Source: Octopus sinensis (Eukaryota). Taken from it: a stretch of 64,000 nucleotides of DNA. Below are positions 12,741 through 26,294 of the stretch, in pieces. The position numbers were made by a program, and so were the translations under genes. Under the pieces are notes generated by a model. It saw only the letters and a program-made list of their open reading frames with translations, did no database searches and was not told where the DNA came from. How positions within the stretch are numbered: position 1 is the stretch's first letter; the number at the start of each line of letters is the position of its first letter. The DNA is taken from assembly GCF_006345805.1 (NCBI RefSeq), contig NC_042998.1, positions 205,592,001 through 205,656,000 on the forward strand, read 5' to 3'.

Positions 12741-14026
12741 ACAAAACCACCAAAATTATAACTTTCTGTTTAAAAGTACAGCTGTCTCCCATGGCCCTTT
12801 CTCTCCTTGTGTATGTGTGTTTATACACATTAAATGCATATTCATATATACATACACCAACACACATACATAAGTATGTGTGTGTGTGTGTATATATATA
12901 CATGTTATATATACATATTCATACATGGAAAGGGCACCAGTGATAGATGTACTTTTAGACAGAAGGTTGTTTTTTTTTATTTATATTATTTCAAGAGTGT
13001 GTGGTGTCTGTGGGTGACGGGTTGGGGAGATGAGATTCACTAATTCCGCTTTGTTCCCTCCCTCGCTTGCCATTAATGAATAGGGCGTACTTTAAGCACT
13101 GTGTCATCCAGTTGGAGATGGAAGTGTCTGGCTTGCTGCTTTTTGCTTTTACCTCTTTCAGTACATTTCTGCTGTTCCGAGCACTTTTACAGCCAAACAC
13201 TTCACTGCTTCACCGCTGCTGCTCACAAATACTGTCTTCTGTTTTGTTTACAGCCTGAGGGGAGAAAAAGGGTCTCGGAAGCAGAAGATTTTGTCATGGG
13301 ACATCCAATCCCTAATCTTCACACTTCCCCATGGCAGCCCACACTGAACATTTTGTCCATCTTTACGTTCTGAGTTCAAATTCCACCACATCCTTTCAGA
13401 GTCAATAAAATTGACAGTTGAATACTGGGGTCGATATTGTTGACTTTCCCCCTTCCCCGAAAATGCTGGCCTTGTGCCAAAATTTGAAATCAATATTAAT
13501 TCTGCCCGTTTGTTCAGTGTTAGACTTTGGTTGGAGCCCCAGGAATTCAAAATTTAAATGAATATTTCTGGAGCATTTTTGGTGAAGAATACTTTGCACC
13601 GTGCCAAGACTAATTATGATGTTGCATGTAGAGTATGTATATTGTGTGGAGATTCAATGGCCCAGTGGTTAGGGAAGCAGACTCATGGTCATAGGATCAC
13701 GGTTTCAATTCCCACACTGGGCATTCTGAGTGTTTATTGAGTGAAAACACCTAAAGCGCCATGAGGCTTGATATTTCTGTGTCATTATTATTAATTAAAA
13801 ACCCAATTAGTAATTATATTTTAATTACTTAATAATTATTATTGAAATAATAACTAGACATGTAGTGTAAAACAGCTTATTCAGCTCTGATCTGTTATGT
13901 TACTATACACATATCTATATGAGACGTACATCTGTCTATAACAGTTGGCATATGTATGCATATAGATTTGTAGGTATGTATATCAGCATGTATGTATGGG
14001 TGTATATATATGTCTGTGTGTATATG

Positions 14027-14057
<31 letters not shown>

Positions 14058-14061
<4 letters not shown>

Positions 14062-14620
14062 TCGTTTAAAGTCCGCTTTTCATGCTGGTGAGGGGTGGAC
14101 GGTTTGAGTGAGGACTGGTGAGCCAGAGGCTGCACCAGGCTCAGTCTCATCTGGCAATGTTTCTACAACTGGATGCCCTTTCTAACGCCAGCCACACCGA
14201 GAGTGTAGTGGGTGCTTTTTACATGGCACCGGCATGAGGACCATTCTGACGGTTCTGGCAACGACCATGCTCAAAAGGTGTTTTTACATGCTACCTGCAT
14301 GGGAGCCAGTCCAGCGGCACTGGCAACGACCACACTTGAATGTAGTTTTTTATGTGCTGGTAAGGTGACACGATATATATATGTATGTGTGTGTGTGTCA
14401 TCATCATCATTTAATGTCTTTTTTCCATGTTGGCATGGGTTGGACAGTTTGACAGGAGCTGACCACCTGAAGAACTGCCCAAGCTCCATGTGTGCTTTGG
14501 CATGATTTCTATGGGTGGATGCTCTTCCTAACGCCAACCACTTTACAGAATGTACTGGGTGCTTTCATGCAGCACCAGCATGGGTGTGTTTATGTGGCAC
14601 AAGTACGGGTGCTCTTTACG
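14058..14620 (-). mobile_element. two tandem RTE 3'-tail copies
   Basis: Each starts with (CAT)n followed by tttaa…tccgcttt(cc)atgctggc, the reverse complement of the shared tail; more copies at 15190-15510, 18465-18640 and 18672-18880. Confidence 0.75.
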
Positions 14621-14795
14621 TGGTACCAGCACCCACAAGCCTGCAAGATTAGGAACACTCAGCAGAAGAGGGATGCAGGGGACAAGCCTCCATGCAAGGA
14701 TAACCATGGTTTTACTCAGCTTCGTGTGTCTTCTCAAGTACAGCAAAAAAATGCCAGCTTTTATCTACACATTCGTTAATAATTATAGTTTAGAG

Positions 14796-14996
14796 CAGTG
14801 CTTTTCAAACTTTTTGCTGGAGCGGAACCCCAAGGAAACATTCCACTGGTTCGAGGAACCCCTGTGCAATGATTTAATAGTCTTATGCACACATATCTGC
14901 ACAGGAGAATTAAAAATTACTGCCAATTTTAGCAGTTTTGTAACTTCTTGCGGAACCCCTAGACTGCACTGGCGGAACCCTGGTTGAAAACCACTG
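14796..14996. mobile_element. hAT (Charlie-like) MITE, 201 bp
   Basis: TIRs cagtgcttttcaa / ttgaaaaccactg (12/13); exact 8-bp TSD GTTTAGAG at 14788-14795 and 14997-15004. Confidence 0.9.
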
Positions 14997-15055
14997 GTTT
15001 AGAGAATAGCCATCCGCACAGGACTTATTTTGTTTTGAAGCTATCTTTGTGTAAA

Positions 15056-15097
<42 letters not shown>

Positions 15098-18000
15098 TAG
15101 TATATGTACATTCCAGTATGTGAAGCTGATAAAATACCTGTTAAAAATGTTGAAGCTGGGAGAAATAATTAAAGTGCAGAGAGTTGATTTCATCATCATC
15201 ATCATTTAACATCCGCTTTCCTTGCTAGCATGAGTTGGACGATTTGACTGAGGACTGGTGAACCAGATGGCTGTACCAGGCTCCAATCTTGATCTGGCAG
15301 AGTTTCTACAGCTGGATGCCCTTCCTAACGCCAACCACTCCGAGAGTGTAGTGGGTGCTTTTACGTGCTACCGGCACAAGGGCCAGTCAGGCGGTAATGG
15401 CAGCAGCCACGCTCAAATGGTATCTTTTACGTGCCACCTGCACAGGAGCCAGTCCAGCGGCACTGGCAACGACCTCACTCAAATGTTTTCACGTGCCAGT
15501 AAGGCAACGCAGGTAACGATTTATTGATGGAAACTAATAATGAAGAATTGATGGAACGAATCAAATTAGTTCTGTGTTCAGTGGATTAGTTGAAGGAGCC
15601 ATTCATGGTGATGGACATTGGGCAAGGTACCTTGTGGTGTTATCCTCTATCATTATGCTCTTAGGTTTGTGATGATAGAGTTAACTCTAAATCTAGCCCA
15701 AATATTCTGGTGGTTTTGTGTTCAAATTATTCAGGTCAGGCCTCTCACACCAACCTTTCAATGTCATTCTAAAAACAAGCAATGACACCAATGAAATTTC
15801 AAAGCTTCAAGAGAATGAATGGTTAATTGAAAACTGTGAATAGATTTGAGAGAGAAATTGCTAAACGGTTAACCTATGCTTTATTTTAATCCTAACCCAT
15901 TGTTGCTTCCTTGAGTGTTTTTGGTCAAGTTCACTTTGAGGGGGCAGGTATTTCGCCCCCACCCCACTTCAGTTTGAGAATAATTTTCTTCCCACCACCA
16001 GAGGTGAATATCACCTTTCACTCTACATCCTCCCACCTCCTTGGTTCAAAACAAACCACGACTTCAGTCCTTTCACCTTTGAACATCTCTCCGAAGCTTC
16101 CTCCATGCACGTTTTTTTCTTTTCAACCATCAACATGTGGCTATTTAAAAGAAATGTTAAATAGTGTCACTGGTGGTCATGATGGTGGTGGTGGATGCTG
16201 CCATAGTGATGCCCCCACCCTCCCATTCTCCAGGCCAAATTAATAAGGATTTCAAACTTTGACACAAGGCCAGCAATTTTGGATGAGGGGTTAAGTTGAT
16301 ATCATTGGTCCCAGTGCTTGATCCTGGTCCTTATTTGATATCCCTCAAAAGGATGAAAAAATGAAAGTGAACCTTGGCAGTGTTTGCACTCAACAGATAT
16401 AGAACTGGAAGAAATGCCAGCAAACATTTCATTCTCGGCACCGTAACAAGTCTGCAAGTTTGCCGCCTGAAGCCGAATTAATGACAAGATGGATAGATTA
16501 GTTGTCTGAATAAATCATCGTTATTAAAGTGCAGCAGTTGTCATGGTTGTCTGATGTGGAATTTGACCTGTACAAGGTGGCTCCTATCACAATGCTGCTG
16601 CTGCTGTGTGTGTGTGTGTCTGTGTGTGTGTAAGTGATTTTAGACATCGATTATAACTGTAATTATTTACTTTTTTGATTAATTAAACTCTCTACTTATT
16701 GATTTCTAGTGTATTTGGCTGAGTAGTCCGCAGATTGCGTATCATTACCATAATTCTCAGGTAGCATTAGGGTGCCACAGTGTATCACATGACTGGCCCT
16801 TTCCATCATTGTCCACTTCACCCAGTTCTCATTGGTCCCAATTCTATACAAGGATTTACTCAGTTCAACCCCAAAAGACATTTTCACAAGATGGCATGTA
16901 ATGGGATCGAACCAAGAATCTCGTGATTGCACGACTACACTTGTACCCATTCATGGGAATAGACATTTGTTATGCTTCATTGTGGATTTCTTTTTATCTT
17001 AGTCTCATTATCCTGGGTTGTCCTTCATTCTCGTGCAATGCTAAGTGTTTGTGAATCCATTGTTAGTGGGGATCTCTTACTTTGGTATGGTTTGCTTTTT
17101 CTTCAGAAGTAATCCAATTAGGCTTAGGTAACGCTTAGATATTGGGGCCTGGTTTTTTTCAGGGGGTGGGGGGTTCTCTGGTATTTATATAACTCTTACC
17201 TGTCCCCATTCATAAATATACAAGCATAAAGCCATGTAGAAACAATACATCTGTTTTCTCCTCAAATCAAGTTGGTATTTTTGGGCCCAGAAGTAGTTAT
17301 CGATGGGTGGGTAGGGGTTAAGGAAGGAAACAGGGGGGGACACCATCTGTTCCCCAACTGACCTTAGTTACTTATCTCTGACATTGATAGGAGGTGGGAG
17401 GAGATGAGCTGAGTGGATTCAACCTGACAAGGATACATTATTAAATGCTACTACTACTACTAATGATAATAATACTAAAAGTTTCTTTATTATATACAAA
17501 AGCTTGATGAGATAGAAAACTAGAAAAATTTTCATTAGGGGTTAAAAAGAGAGAAGAAATAGTAAGGGAAACAAGTTTAGAGATCGAAAAGGTAGAAGTT
17601 GGGAGATGTTGCAGAATATATGACGGGGGGGGGGGGGGGGCACTTTAAGATTTTTAAAGGGAAATTTATTTGCATGGAAATAAAAATATAAAAGAAGTAT
17701 GATAAAACAGGATAGAATTAAATGGGAATAAACCTGAAAGATTACTGTCTACGTTAGGTTTGAGCACTCCATGACTTTTCTGTTAATATCCCATACTGGG
17801 TATGAGTGCAACCGAAACAGTATTTTTTGGTTTTTAGACATTTGGTGTTGAAAAACTCCAACATTTCCAAGGTTTTTTTATTTTTTAAGTATGTTGTTAT
17901 GTTTTAGTTTTATTCTACTAGTACAATATCTTCTGCATGACATTTATATCCTAAGCTTAACTGTTATTATGTCATTCTAATTTTTTAAAGATTTTCCCCT

Positions 18001-19939
18001 TTATGTATTTTGGTCCTTTTTATGTTTTCACTGAGTTTCATCTGCAACTATTATTTCTTTATCATTTCACATTGATACTGTGCTACTAAAAGAAAGCAAT
18101 TATGAAAGTGTACACTGCCTAGAAAATGCTTATAAATTCCAATTGTAATATATTTTTTTATCAAAATGAGGTTTCAAAGCTCCTTTATTATTAAAAATTT
18201 CAGGTACTTGCTTAAGTCACAAAACTAATTTTTATTCACTGTGATATAGTCTTCCTTTTTCTCCCCCCTCTCTCTCTGTCTCTGTCTCACACACACACAC
18301 ACACATCTCTCTCTGTTCATTTGTTTTCACTAAAAGTAAGTGATTACAAAGTTTCCCTTTGAACTACTTTGAGAATATTTGTGAATACTTTTGCATGACA
18401 CCTATTTGTCATATCAAAATTACTTAAAAATTGTTCATTTCTTTCATTAACTGTTCATCATCATCATCACCATCATCATCATTCAATGCCCGCTTTCTAT
18501 GCTTGCATGGTTGGATAGTTTTTCAGGAGTTGGCCAGCTGGAGGGCTGCACCAGGTTCCAGTCGTTTGTTTTCGTGCGGTTTCGACAGCTGGATTTCCTT
18601 CCTAATACCAACCGCTTTACAGAGTGTGCTTTTTATGTGGTTTCCCTTCATAATAATTTTAAATTTTATATATCATCATCATTGTCATCATTTAGCACCT
18701 GTTTTCCATGCTGGCATGGATTAGATGGTTTGAGTTGAACTGGTCAGCTGGAGCGCGGTGCCTGGCTCCAGTCTGACTTGGCTTTGTTTCCTCAGCCGGA
18801 AGCCCCTTCCTTACACAAATTGCTCTAAGTGTGTAGTGGGTGCCTTTCAATGAGTCACTGGCATGGGTAACACTGACCACAATAGCGATTTTACTTACAG
18901 CACATCACCAAAGGTCACAATCACTTGTCACCACCTCTGTGAGGGCCAATACATTGTGTTCTTGAACAAAACATTCCAGTTCACTCAGCTGTGATGGCTG
19001 GTGTCCCATCCATGGAGCAATATATTCATGCCAGAGAAACCAGGAAACCAGCCGTATTGTAGACTGACTGGAGTTCTTATGGAACTGATTGTGCTTCACA
19101 GTAGCACTGCCCACTTAATGTTCACTTGAGGTTAAGAACTGGTCTCTGGCCCGAAAGTCATCAGAGCAGACCAGTTAGTTGTTCCTCATCAATGCCTAGA
19201 GATTCAATGAGAATGTTGTTGCTCTTAATCATCACTAGTCCTCTATATATATTATCAAAGTGGAACTTCAACCAATCACATTATGCTGCTGGTGGAGGGC
19301 AGTGAGTGCTTGATGATATTCCAGGTGCCAAGTGTTCAATTTTGGTCTTTTCTTGGCCCATGGTTGCAGCTTTTTCAAAGAGATGAGCTGCAGAAAAACA
19401 TGCATTACAAACAGGGACTAGACCCACTCACTGTCCAGGAAAATTTGCAGGTGACACAAACTCAACTTGCATTTATTCATCAGCAGCCAAGACATAACAA
19501 GCCTGGCTTTCAGATGGCGCTGGTGAGCAGATGACCAGTGGAACCTTCCACAGGACGAGCGATGCAGCGGAGTATTACAAAGAGTTAAGAAAAGAGCCAT
19601 TAATTGCCGAGAAGATTTATTATGCTCATGATGATGATGCTGCTGCTGCTGATGGTGTGAAGGTCATGGTTGTAGTGATGTCTGACATATTGGTGGTGGT
19701 GGTGGCGGTGGTGAAGGTGGTGGTGGTGTTGTTAGTGATGCTGCCTGTCACAGTAATTTAAATTAAATCAGTCTGTCAATCCGCCGTCTCTCTGGAAACG
19801 AACCAGACTGAGCAGTAGGGATGTGTGTGTGTGTATATATATGCATGCACGTGAGTGTGCATATATATATGTGTGTGTGTGTGCATGAGTATGCATACAT
19901 GTATTTATGCATATATGTTTGCAATTATGTTTATTTAGA

Positions 19940-19973
<34 letters not shown>

Positions 19974-20314
19974 AATATGTGTGTGTATGTAGATATATGT
20001 ACATATAAATTTATATAGATATGTATGTATGTACATGTGTATTTGTGTAGGTATTTATGTCTGTATATATGTGTGTGTTTATATAGGTATTAATATGTGT
20101 ATGTAGGTATGTGTGTGTGGAGAGGGGCACCTCTCTAAACATGTGCTGTCCCTTTCTATTTCTAAGATGAAGCCCAGACACTAAAAGAACATCCACTAAA
20201 AGTACAGGTCACAGGTTACAGGTCATACCTTAACTCCGCCCCTCACTGGTGGGGGGTTTTGTTTATTTTCCATATTCCAAGACAGCCCTAACAACCAGCC
20301 ACCTGGGAGGCCTA

Positions 20315-20505
20315 CAAATGGTTGCTGGAACCTGCTGGAAATAGCAGCTATGTCTCTTCCAAATTACACTTCATTGTCTTAAAAAAGAAGAACAGATTGT
20401 AGATAATGTGCTCTTGGTTCCCTCCTGCACATAGGAAAAAGACTGGATGGTCATGGTTGAAAAGGTTTACTTAATTAAGTATGACCTGGGGTTAAACAAC
20501 AACAA
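20315..20505 (+). mobile_element. SINE/LINE 3' segment with (CAA)n tail
   Basis: gaaatagcagc…ggatggtcatgg…gacctggggttaaacaacaacaa recurs at 62690-62852; partial copies at 21110-21225, 44380-44460(-), 55990-56025 and 63200-63278. Confidence 0.6.
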
Positions 20506-22544
20506 GAACAGGATGAGTCACACTACATTCTCTTCCTCCTCCTCCTCTTGTATAATTGTTTGAGAGAGAGAGAAGAAGGCAGATAGAGGAGAGGGGGAGA
20601 AAGAATGAGGAGGGTCAGAGAGGAGATGGAGGGGAGAGACAGGTGTGTGTGTGTGTTAATATCAAACTAAAAGTGCAAAACATTATTTATTATGGCGGTG
20701 GTGGTGGGGGTAATGGCGGGTTGTGATGTTAAAAGTAAACAGTGGAAATGGAGCAGCAGCAGCAGCAGTGGTGATCGTAGTGGTGGTAGTCATTATAATG
20801 AGGAGAGTTTTTGTTGTTTTTCATCTTATTTTGTCTCCCACTATTTGTAACTGTGGTTGTTGCTGGTGTTGTTAATGGAGAGTGGGGGACGGGAGGGGTG
20901 GAAACAGCCCCCCCCTCCTTCTTAGCATAACTGCTACTACTACTAAAAGTAGTAGTAGTAGTAGTAGTAGTTGTGTAGCAGGAGCCAGTCTAAAAGTGCA
21001 CAAGACAAATCTGTTATTCTTTGTTATTTTGTGAGGAAATATTTTGGTCAAAGTTAGCTTCTGGGGACAGACAGACGGACAGAGGTTTTTCTAGAGAACA
21101 AGATCAATGTAAGGGTTCAGTGGTGGGGTGTCAGTTATTGAGATGATCATGGCTGGAATGCCTTTGGTCCTAGTTTTGTTTGTTTAGGGCAGATCCGGGG
21201 TCAGACAGCAGCAACAACAACAACATTGATTTTGTTGTTGTTTAATATTGACCACGAATGGTCAAGTGAGGTGGAACAGTGATTGGCTGGTTCTGTCAAG
21301 TTGGACACAATTGTAACAGACAATGTTTAAAATTCAATGTAGAAGAAGAGGAGAGCTTTTTGTAGCAGGAGAAAGTCTGTTCCATCGACCACTGCCTGCC
21401 TACCACATATTTTATTGATAAACATTCACTCCAATCAATACTGAGATGGGAAGGGGCTCAGAGGAGAGAGAAACTACATTGAATATTGTAGTTTCTCCAT
21501 TGTTACTGCCTCTACAACAGATCCCTATTTATTGTCGAATCCTTGTCCCAGTACAACTCCAAATTTTTAAGGAAGGAGGGCTTTGGATGGCATCACCTCT
21601 AGGAAAATGAAATAGGAAAACAGAGTTGACTTTGAATACAGAACGTATTGTGACGTGTTAAAGCCTGCAAAATATATGATCCAATGGGCTCCATCACTTT
21701 TCCCTATTCAAATAGTAGAATAAATGGGGAGTTAGGGTTTGGATTCTTTTACAGATGTATTTAATTATTTCTTACAACAGTAAATGGCCCTCATTTATAA
21801 ATTGACTTCACTCTCTTTTAAAATTGCTGCCCCCTTTTCTGATGATAGCTTAACACCATATTTATAAACAGATGTGAATGAATATATAACTGGAATTTGA
21901 GTTCCTTCTTGGGTATTTAACCTGTTTCTTAACACCTGCTCCCCCTTGCACCTTCTCTTCCTTTCTCTTCAATAGAATTCCATCAAATGGTTGTCAAACA
22001 GCTGTAGAAGATATTAACACTGTTTCTGGCTGTAGAGTTGTGTCTATCTTTATTAGATCTCAGTAAGTGACACTTTCTCATTGCTGTGCTACCTCATCCT
22101 CTTAGAATTGGCAGTCACCAAAATAATTTCTCAAACTTAGTTACACAATGAGTTTTTTATTATTTGGTGTTCTGGAGAGGTAAACAAGAACAGGCAGTGA
22201 GGAGGATCAAATGCAAATCAACTTCACCATTGTTTTGTTGATTGACCAATTGTTTCCATGAAGGATATCATTGAAGATACCTCATTTTCTCAAAAGACAT
22301 TAATTAGTTCAAAAACATGTCAGCATCATGGGACAAAACTTTTTCTGACATTCAGGTAAAAACTTGAACCCACCTCCACCATCATTCATCATTTATACGC
22401 AGCTGTTTTTCTGCACATTGGTAAGCAAGGCCTGTCACTAAATCACTTGACTTATTTGAAAGTGAAGCGAGACAAAACAAGATAAATTAAACTATCTTTA
22501 TAAACTTAATGAAATGTTTATGCACATGTGAATATATATATATA

Positions 22545-23269
22545 TTTCAACAATTGAGGGTAAAATTAATTAATTATTAATCAATTTTACCAAGTATTCA
22601 GTATGTAAAGGGACCATTTAAGGCGAATTCAAATTATTACATTATATAAAAGGGCTTAGTAAAATAAATTACTTTGCCACATACTGAACTCATTAGAAAT
22701 AGCAGCTAAAAAAATTTTTTTTTTTTTAAAAAACTATTTCTAATACTTAAAGAAAATCTCTCTCATATAGTGTTTGCTCAAGTCAACTCACGAAGGTATG
22801 AGGGTAAAAACATTAAAAAATCACAAATGCAAAGGTTATTTGAGAACGTACGTTTCTAGATTAGTCAAATCGACATTTCTTTCGTCAGCTCAGAACTCCT
22901 TGATTTGGATTTGGGAACACTGAAAGTGGGAGCATACCCTTTTGGCTTCTTATCACTTCCGGAGATTTGCTCGAACTACCAGTGCTATCAAATTCAGTGT
23001 TCCCAAATCCAAATCAAGGAGTTCTGAGCTGACGAAAGAAATGTCGATTTGACTAATCTAGAAACGTACGTTCTCAAATAACCTTTGCATTTGTGATTTT
23101 TTAATGTTTTTACCCTCATACCTTCGTGAGTTGACTTGAGCAAACACTATATGAGAGAGATTTTCTTTAAGTATTAGAAATAGTTTTTAAAAAAATTTTT
23201 TTAGCTGCTATTTCTAATGGGTTCAGTATGTGGCAAAGTAATTTATTTTACTAAGCCCTTTTATATAAT
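22545..23269. mobile_element. Penelope-type pseudo-LTR fold-back (family E)
   Basis: Near-perfect inverted arms 22641-22924 / 22993-23269 with a 68-nt spacer; (TA)n at both ends; one hammerhead motif per arm. Confidence 0.8.
23025..23076 (+). ncRNA. minimal type I hammerhead ribozyme motif (mirror copy at 22841-22892, minus)
   Basis: tgag-CTGACGA-(aga…gtc gattt gac…tct)-GAAA-CGTACG-TT^ctca; helix I tgag/ctca; palindromic helix III AACGTACGTT. Confidence 0.7.
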
Positions 23270-23339
23270 ATATATATATATATATATTACAACTCACCAT
23301 GTGGGATAATTGAAATTCCTCCTTTTCTGTTATTATATA

Positions 23340-23644
23340 TATGGCACCTAAAAAGCACCATCCATATGTGGCAGATGCCAGCGCCGCCTTGACTGGCTTC
23401 CGTGTTGGTGGCACGTAAAAAGCACCAACCGATCGTGGTCGTTGCCACGTGGTTATTGTATCGGTGGCACATAAAAAACACCCACTACACTCTCGGAGTG
23501 GTTGGTGTTGGGAAGGGCATCCAGCTGTAGAAACACTGCCAGATCAGACTGGAGCCTGGTGCAGCCTCTTGGCTTCCCAGATCCTGGTCAAACCATCCAA
23601 CCCATGCTAGCATGGAAAATGGACATTAAACGATGATGATGATG

Positions 23645-23645
<1 letters not shown>
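23340..23645 (+). mobile_element. RTE-tail SINE-like copy
   Basis: aaaagcacc subrepeats, cactacactctcggagtggttgg…aaacgatgatgat. Confidence 0.8.
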
Positions 23646-23675
<30 letters not shown>

Positions 23676-24049
23676 TATGTATACTCTTTTACTTGTTTCA
23701 GTCATTTGGCTGTGGCCATACTGGAGCACTGTCTTTACTCGAACAAATCGACCCCAGGACTTATTCGTTGTAAGCCTAATACTTATTCTATCAGTCTCTT
23801 TTGTTGAACCACTAAGTTACGGGGATGTAAACATACCAACATCGATTGTCAAGCAATGGTGGAGGGACAAAGGCACAAAAATATACACACACACATATAC
23901 GATGGGCTTCTTTCAGTTTCTGTCTACCAAATCCACCCACAAGGCTTTGGTCAGCGCAAGGGTCAAATAGAAGACACTTGCCAAAGGTGTCACACAGTGG
24001 GATTGAATACATACTGACATCATAGACTATATCCAGAAAAGGGCCACCC

Positions 24050-24360
24050 TACTGGTTGGTATAAAGTAATTCACAGGCACATGTCTGTCTCTGGCCTACA
24101 TTTGCACTTCTCTGTGTTACTTACCACTGCTATAATGCCCTCTGCTCCTCAGAGCTGACTTCAGGCCATTTCCACTTGGCTCTTCTCTTCTGATCACTCT
24201 CCTTGTGATCAACTCTCCTTACTCCCCAAAGACCCTATACTAATCACTACATCCAGTCCTTTCTCACCAGAATCTTGCTCCTCTGGAAATCTCTCTTCTC
24301 ATATCTTTCCTGCAAATGTTGACTTTTTGAGGTTCAAGAGGAACATTAATAGAATTAGTC
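24050..24360 (+). mobile_element. CR1/L2-type LINE 3' remnant
   Basis: Degenerate TNHYIQSFLTRILLLWKSL…FPANVD…FKRNINRI C-terminal motif. Confidence 0.55.
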
Positions 24361-24425
24361 TCTTTGGTCTGGGAGAACTTGTGAAAGATCATGGGTGCTG
24401 CCAGTCCTTTCAGACCCAGCACATA

Positions 24426-24458
<33 letters not shown>

Positions 24459-24520
24459 CGCGCACACACACACACTCTACTGTCAGCCTGTCATCAATAA
24501 AGACAGTTCATATGTTTACT

Positions 24521-24747
24521 TTAACTGTTTAACATTTAAACCAGCCATGCCCATCCCAAATATTCTACTTGTGTTATGTTCAAACTGGCCAGATCCAGCC
24601 TCTTACACTTACCCTACAAGGTGATTCTAAAAACAAATAATCTCATAATCAGAATCTCAAAGCTATGAGATAATGCAGGATTAATTAAAAGCCATGTGAA
24701 TAAATAAGCATAACATTTCACTGAATAATTGAATGCTGAAGGGTTAA
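24521..24747. mobile_element. piggyBac-type (TTAA) MITE
   Basis: TTAA at both ends, right end gctgaagggTTAA, eroded left end; related partial copy at about 15680-15830. Confidence 0.55.
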
Positions 24748-25475
24748 TCATCATCATCATCATCATCATCATTGTCGTGGTCGTCGTTTAATGTCCGATT
24801 TCCATGCTGGCATGGGTTGAGGACTGGTGAGCCAGAAGGCTGCACCTGGCTATTAAAAACAAAAACAAAATTTTTTTTAATTGAACATTAAAAAAAATGA
24901 CTAAATTGTGTCATATATTATAATTGAGTGTGTCTTGAACAATGTTTTAGAATTTTAGGTCAATTAAATTTAGTGAATCACAGGAAAGCAATTAATCATC
25001 AAGGTTTTAGAGGCAAGTGGATTTTTAATTTAAATATTGTTCCATGGACACGATTTTGGAGAATATTCTTTCTTGAAAGAATTTAGATGTATTTTTGTTG
25101 TTGTTGTTGTCATATTTATTTTGTGTGCTTCAAATTACTTTTGTTGCAAGTCCACCTGAGCAACGAGTGGGACTGCTTGACTGGAGAATAAGGACTGCTA
25201 CAGATTCATTTATCTTTTACTTGTTTCAGCCAGTGCACTGCGACCATGCTGGGGCATCAACTTGAAGGGTTTACTTGAATGAATTGTCCCCTCTACTTAC
25301 TTCTTAAGCCTTGTACTTATTCTGGTGGTCTCTTTTGCCAAACAACTAAGTTACAAGGATGTAAACAAACCAACATCTGTTATCAAATAGTGGGGGGGGG
25401 GGCATAGACACACATACATACATACACACACACACACGCGCGCAATATATATATATGTATATATATATAAATATG

Positions 25476-25506
<31 letters not shown>

Positions 25507-25507
25507 A

Positions 25508-25887
25508 TCTCTTTATAAACGGCAGTTTGTCTGTGCGTGTTTCTGTGTGTCTGTTTGCTTGTACCCTCACCCTGACCACGGCTTTCAACCCATTCTGATG
25601 AAACTTGACACACACATAGCCCAATGTCATAATTCAAAACTAACGCAGCGAAAATTTTGAAAAGTTCCCCCAGTTCTGAAAAAAATCGATAAATTCGACA
25701 TGGGGTCGAGAATCAGAAACATAAACCGCAAACTGTCTAGGGGACGCAACTCCACCTTTTTTTACTCTCAAAAAAAATTTACCATCATTTTTTTCCATTT
25801 TTTTGCTATTTTTTGGCTATAACTCTCTAAAAATGCTTTATAGTTATTTCCCTTACAAACCTGAGCAACGCCGGGCGATACTGCTAG
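25508..25887 (+). mobile_element. non-autonomous Helitron-like element
   Basis: 5' TC and 3' CTAG between host A and T; subterminal GC hairpin gagcaacgccgggcgatactgc; (ctgt)-like microsatellite near the 5' end. Confidence 0.7.
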
Positions 25888-26294
25888 TATATATATATTT
25901 ATATTATTATTGAGTTAGAAAATAGACAGATCTAATGGTAACAAATTAATTTGTATCCATTAGATCTTTCTAACTTCATAATGATATTTGATATCTAATG
26001 ATATTTTATATAATATATTCATTGAAGAAATATATCAAACCAGTGAATCTTGGATTAAAATATCCCTATAAGAGGTTTAAATATCCTCGTTATGACTATA
26101 TGTGTGTGTGTATATATATCTATACATATATACATACATATACTCTTTTACTTGTTTCAGTCATTTGACTGTGGCCATACTGGAGCACTGCCTTTAGTCG
26201 AACAAAATAATTCTATCGGTCTCTTTTGTTGGACCACTAAGTTATGGGGATGTAAACATACCAACATTGATTGTCAGCTTCGCCACCATGATTG

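Noticed and set aside
11253-12761. Long His/Thr- and Cys/Val-rich ORFs (up to 408 aa)
   Set aside because: Translations of the (CA)n minisatellite, which cannot contain stops
16397-16446. Apparent terminal exon DIELEEMPANISFSAP*
   Set aside because: Antisense strand of a tRNA-derived SINE head
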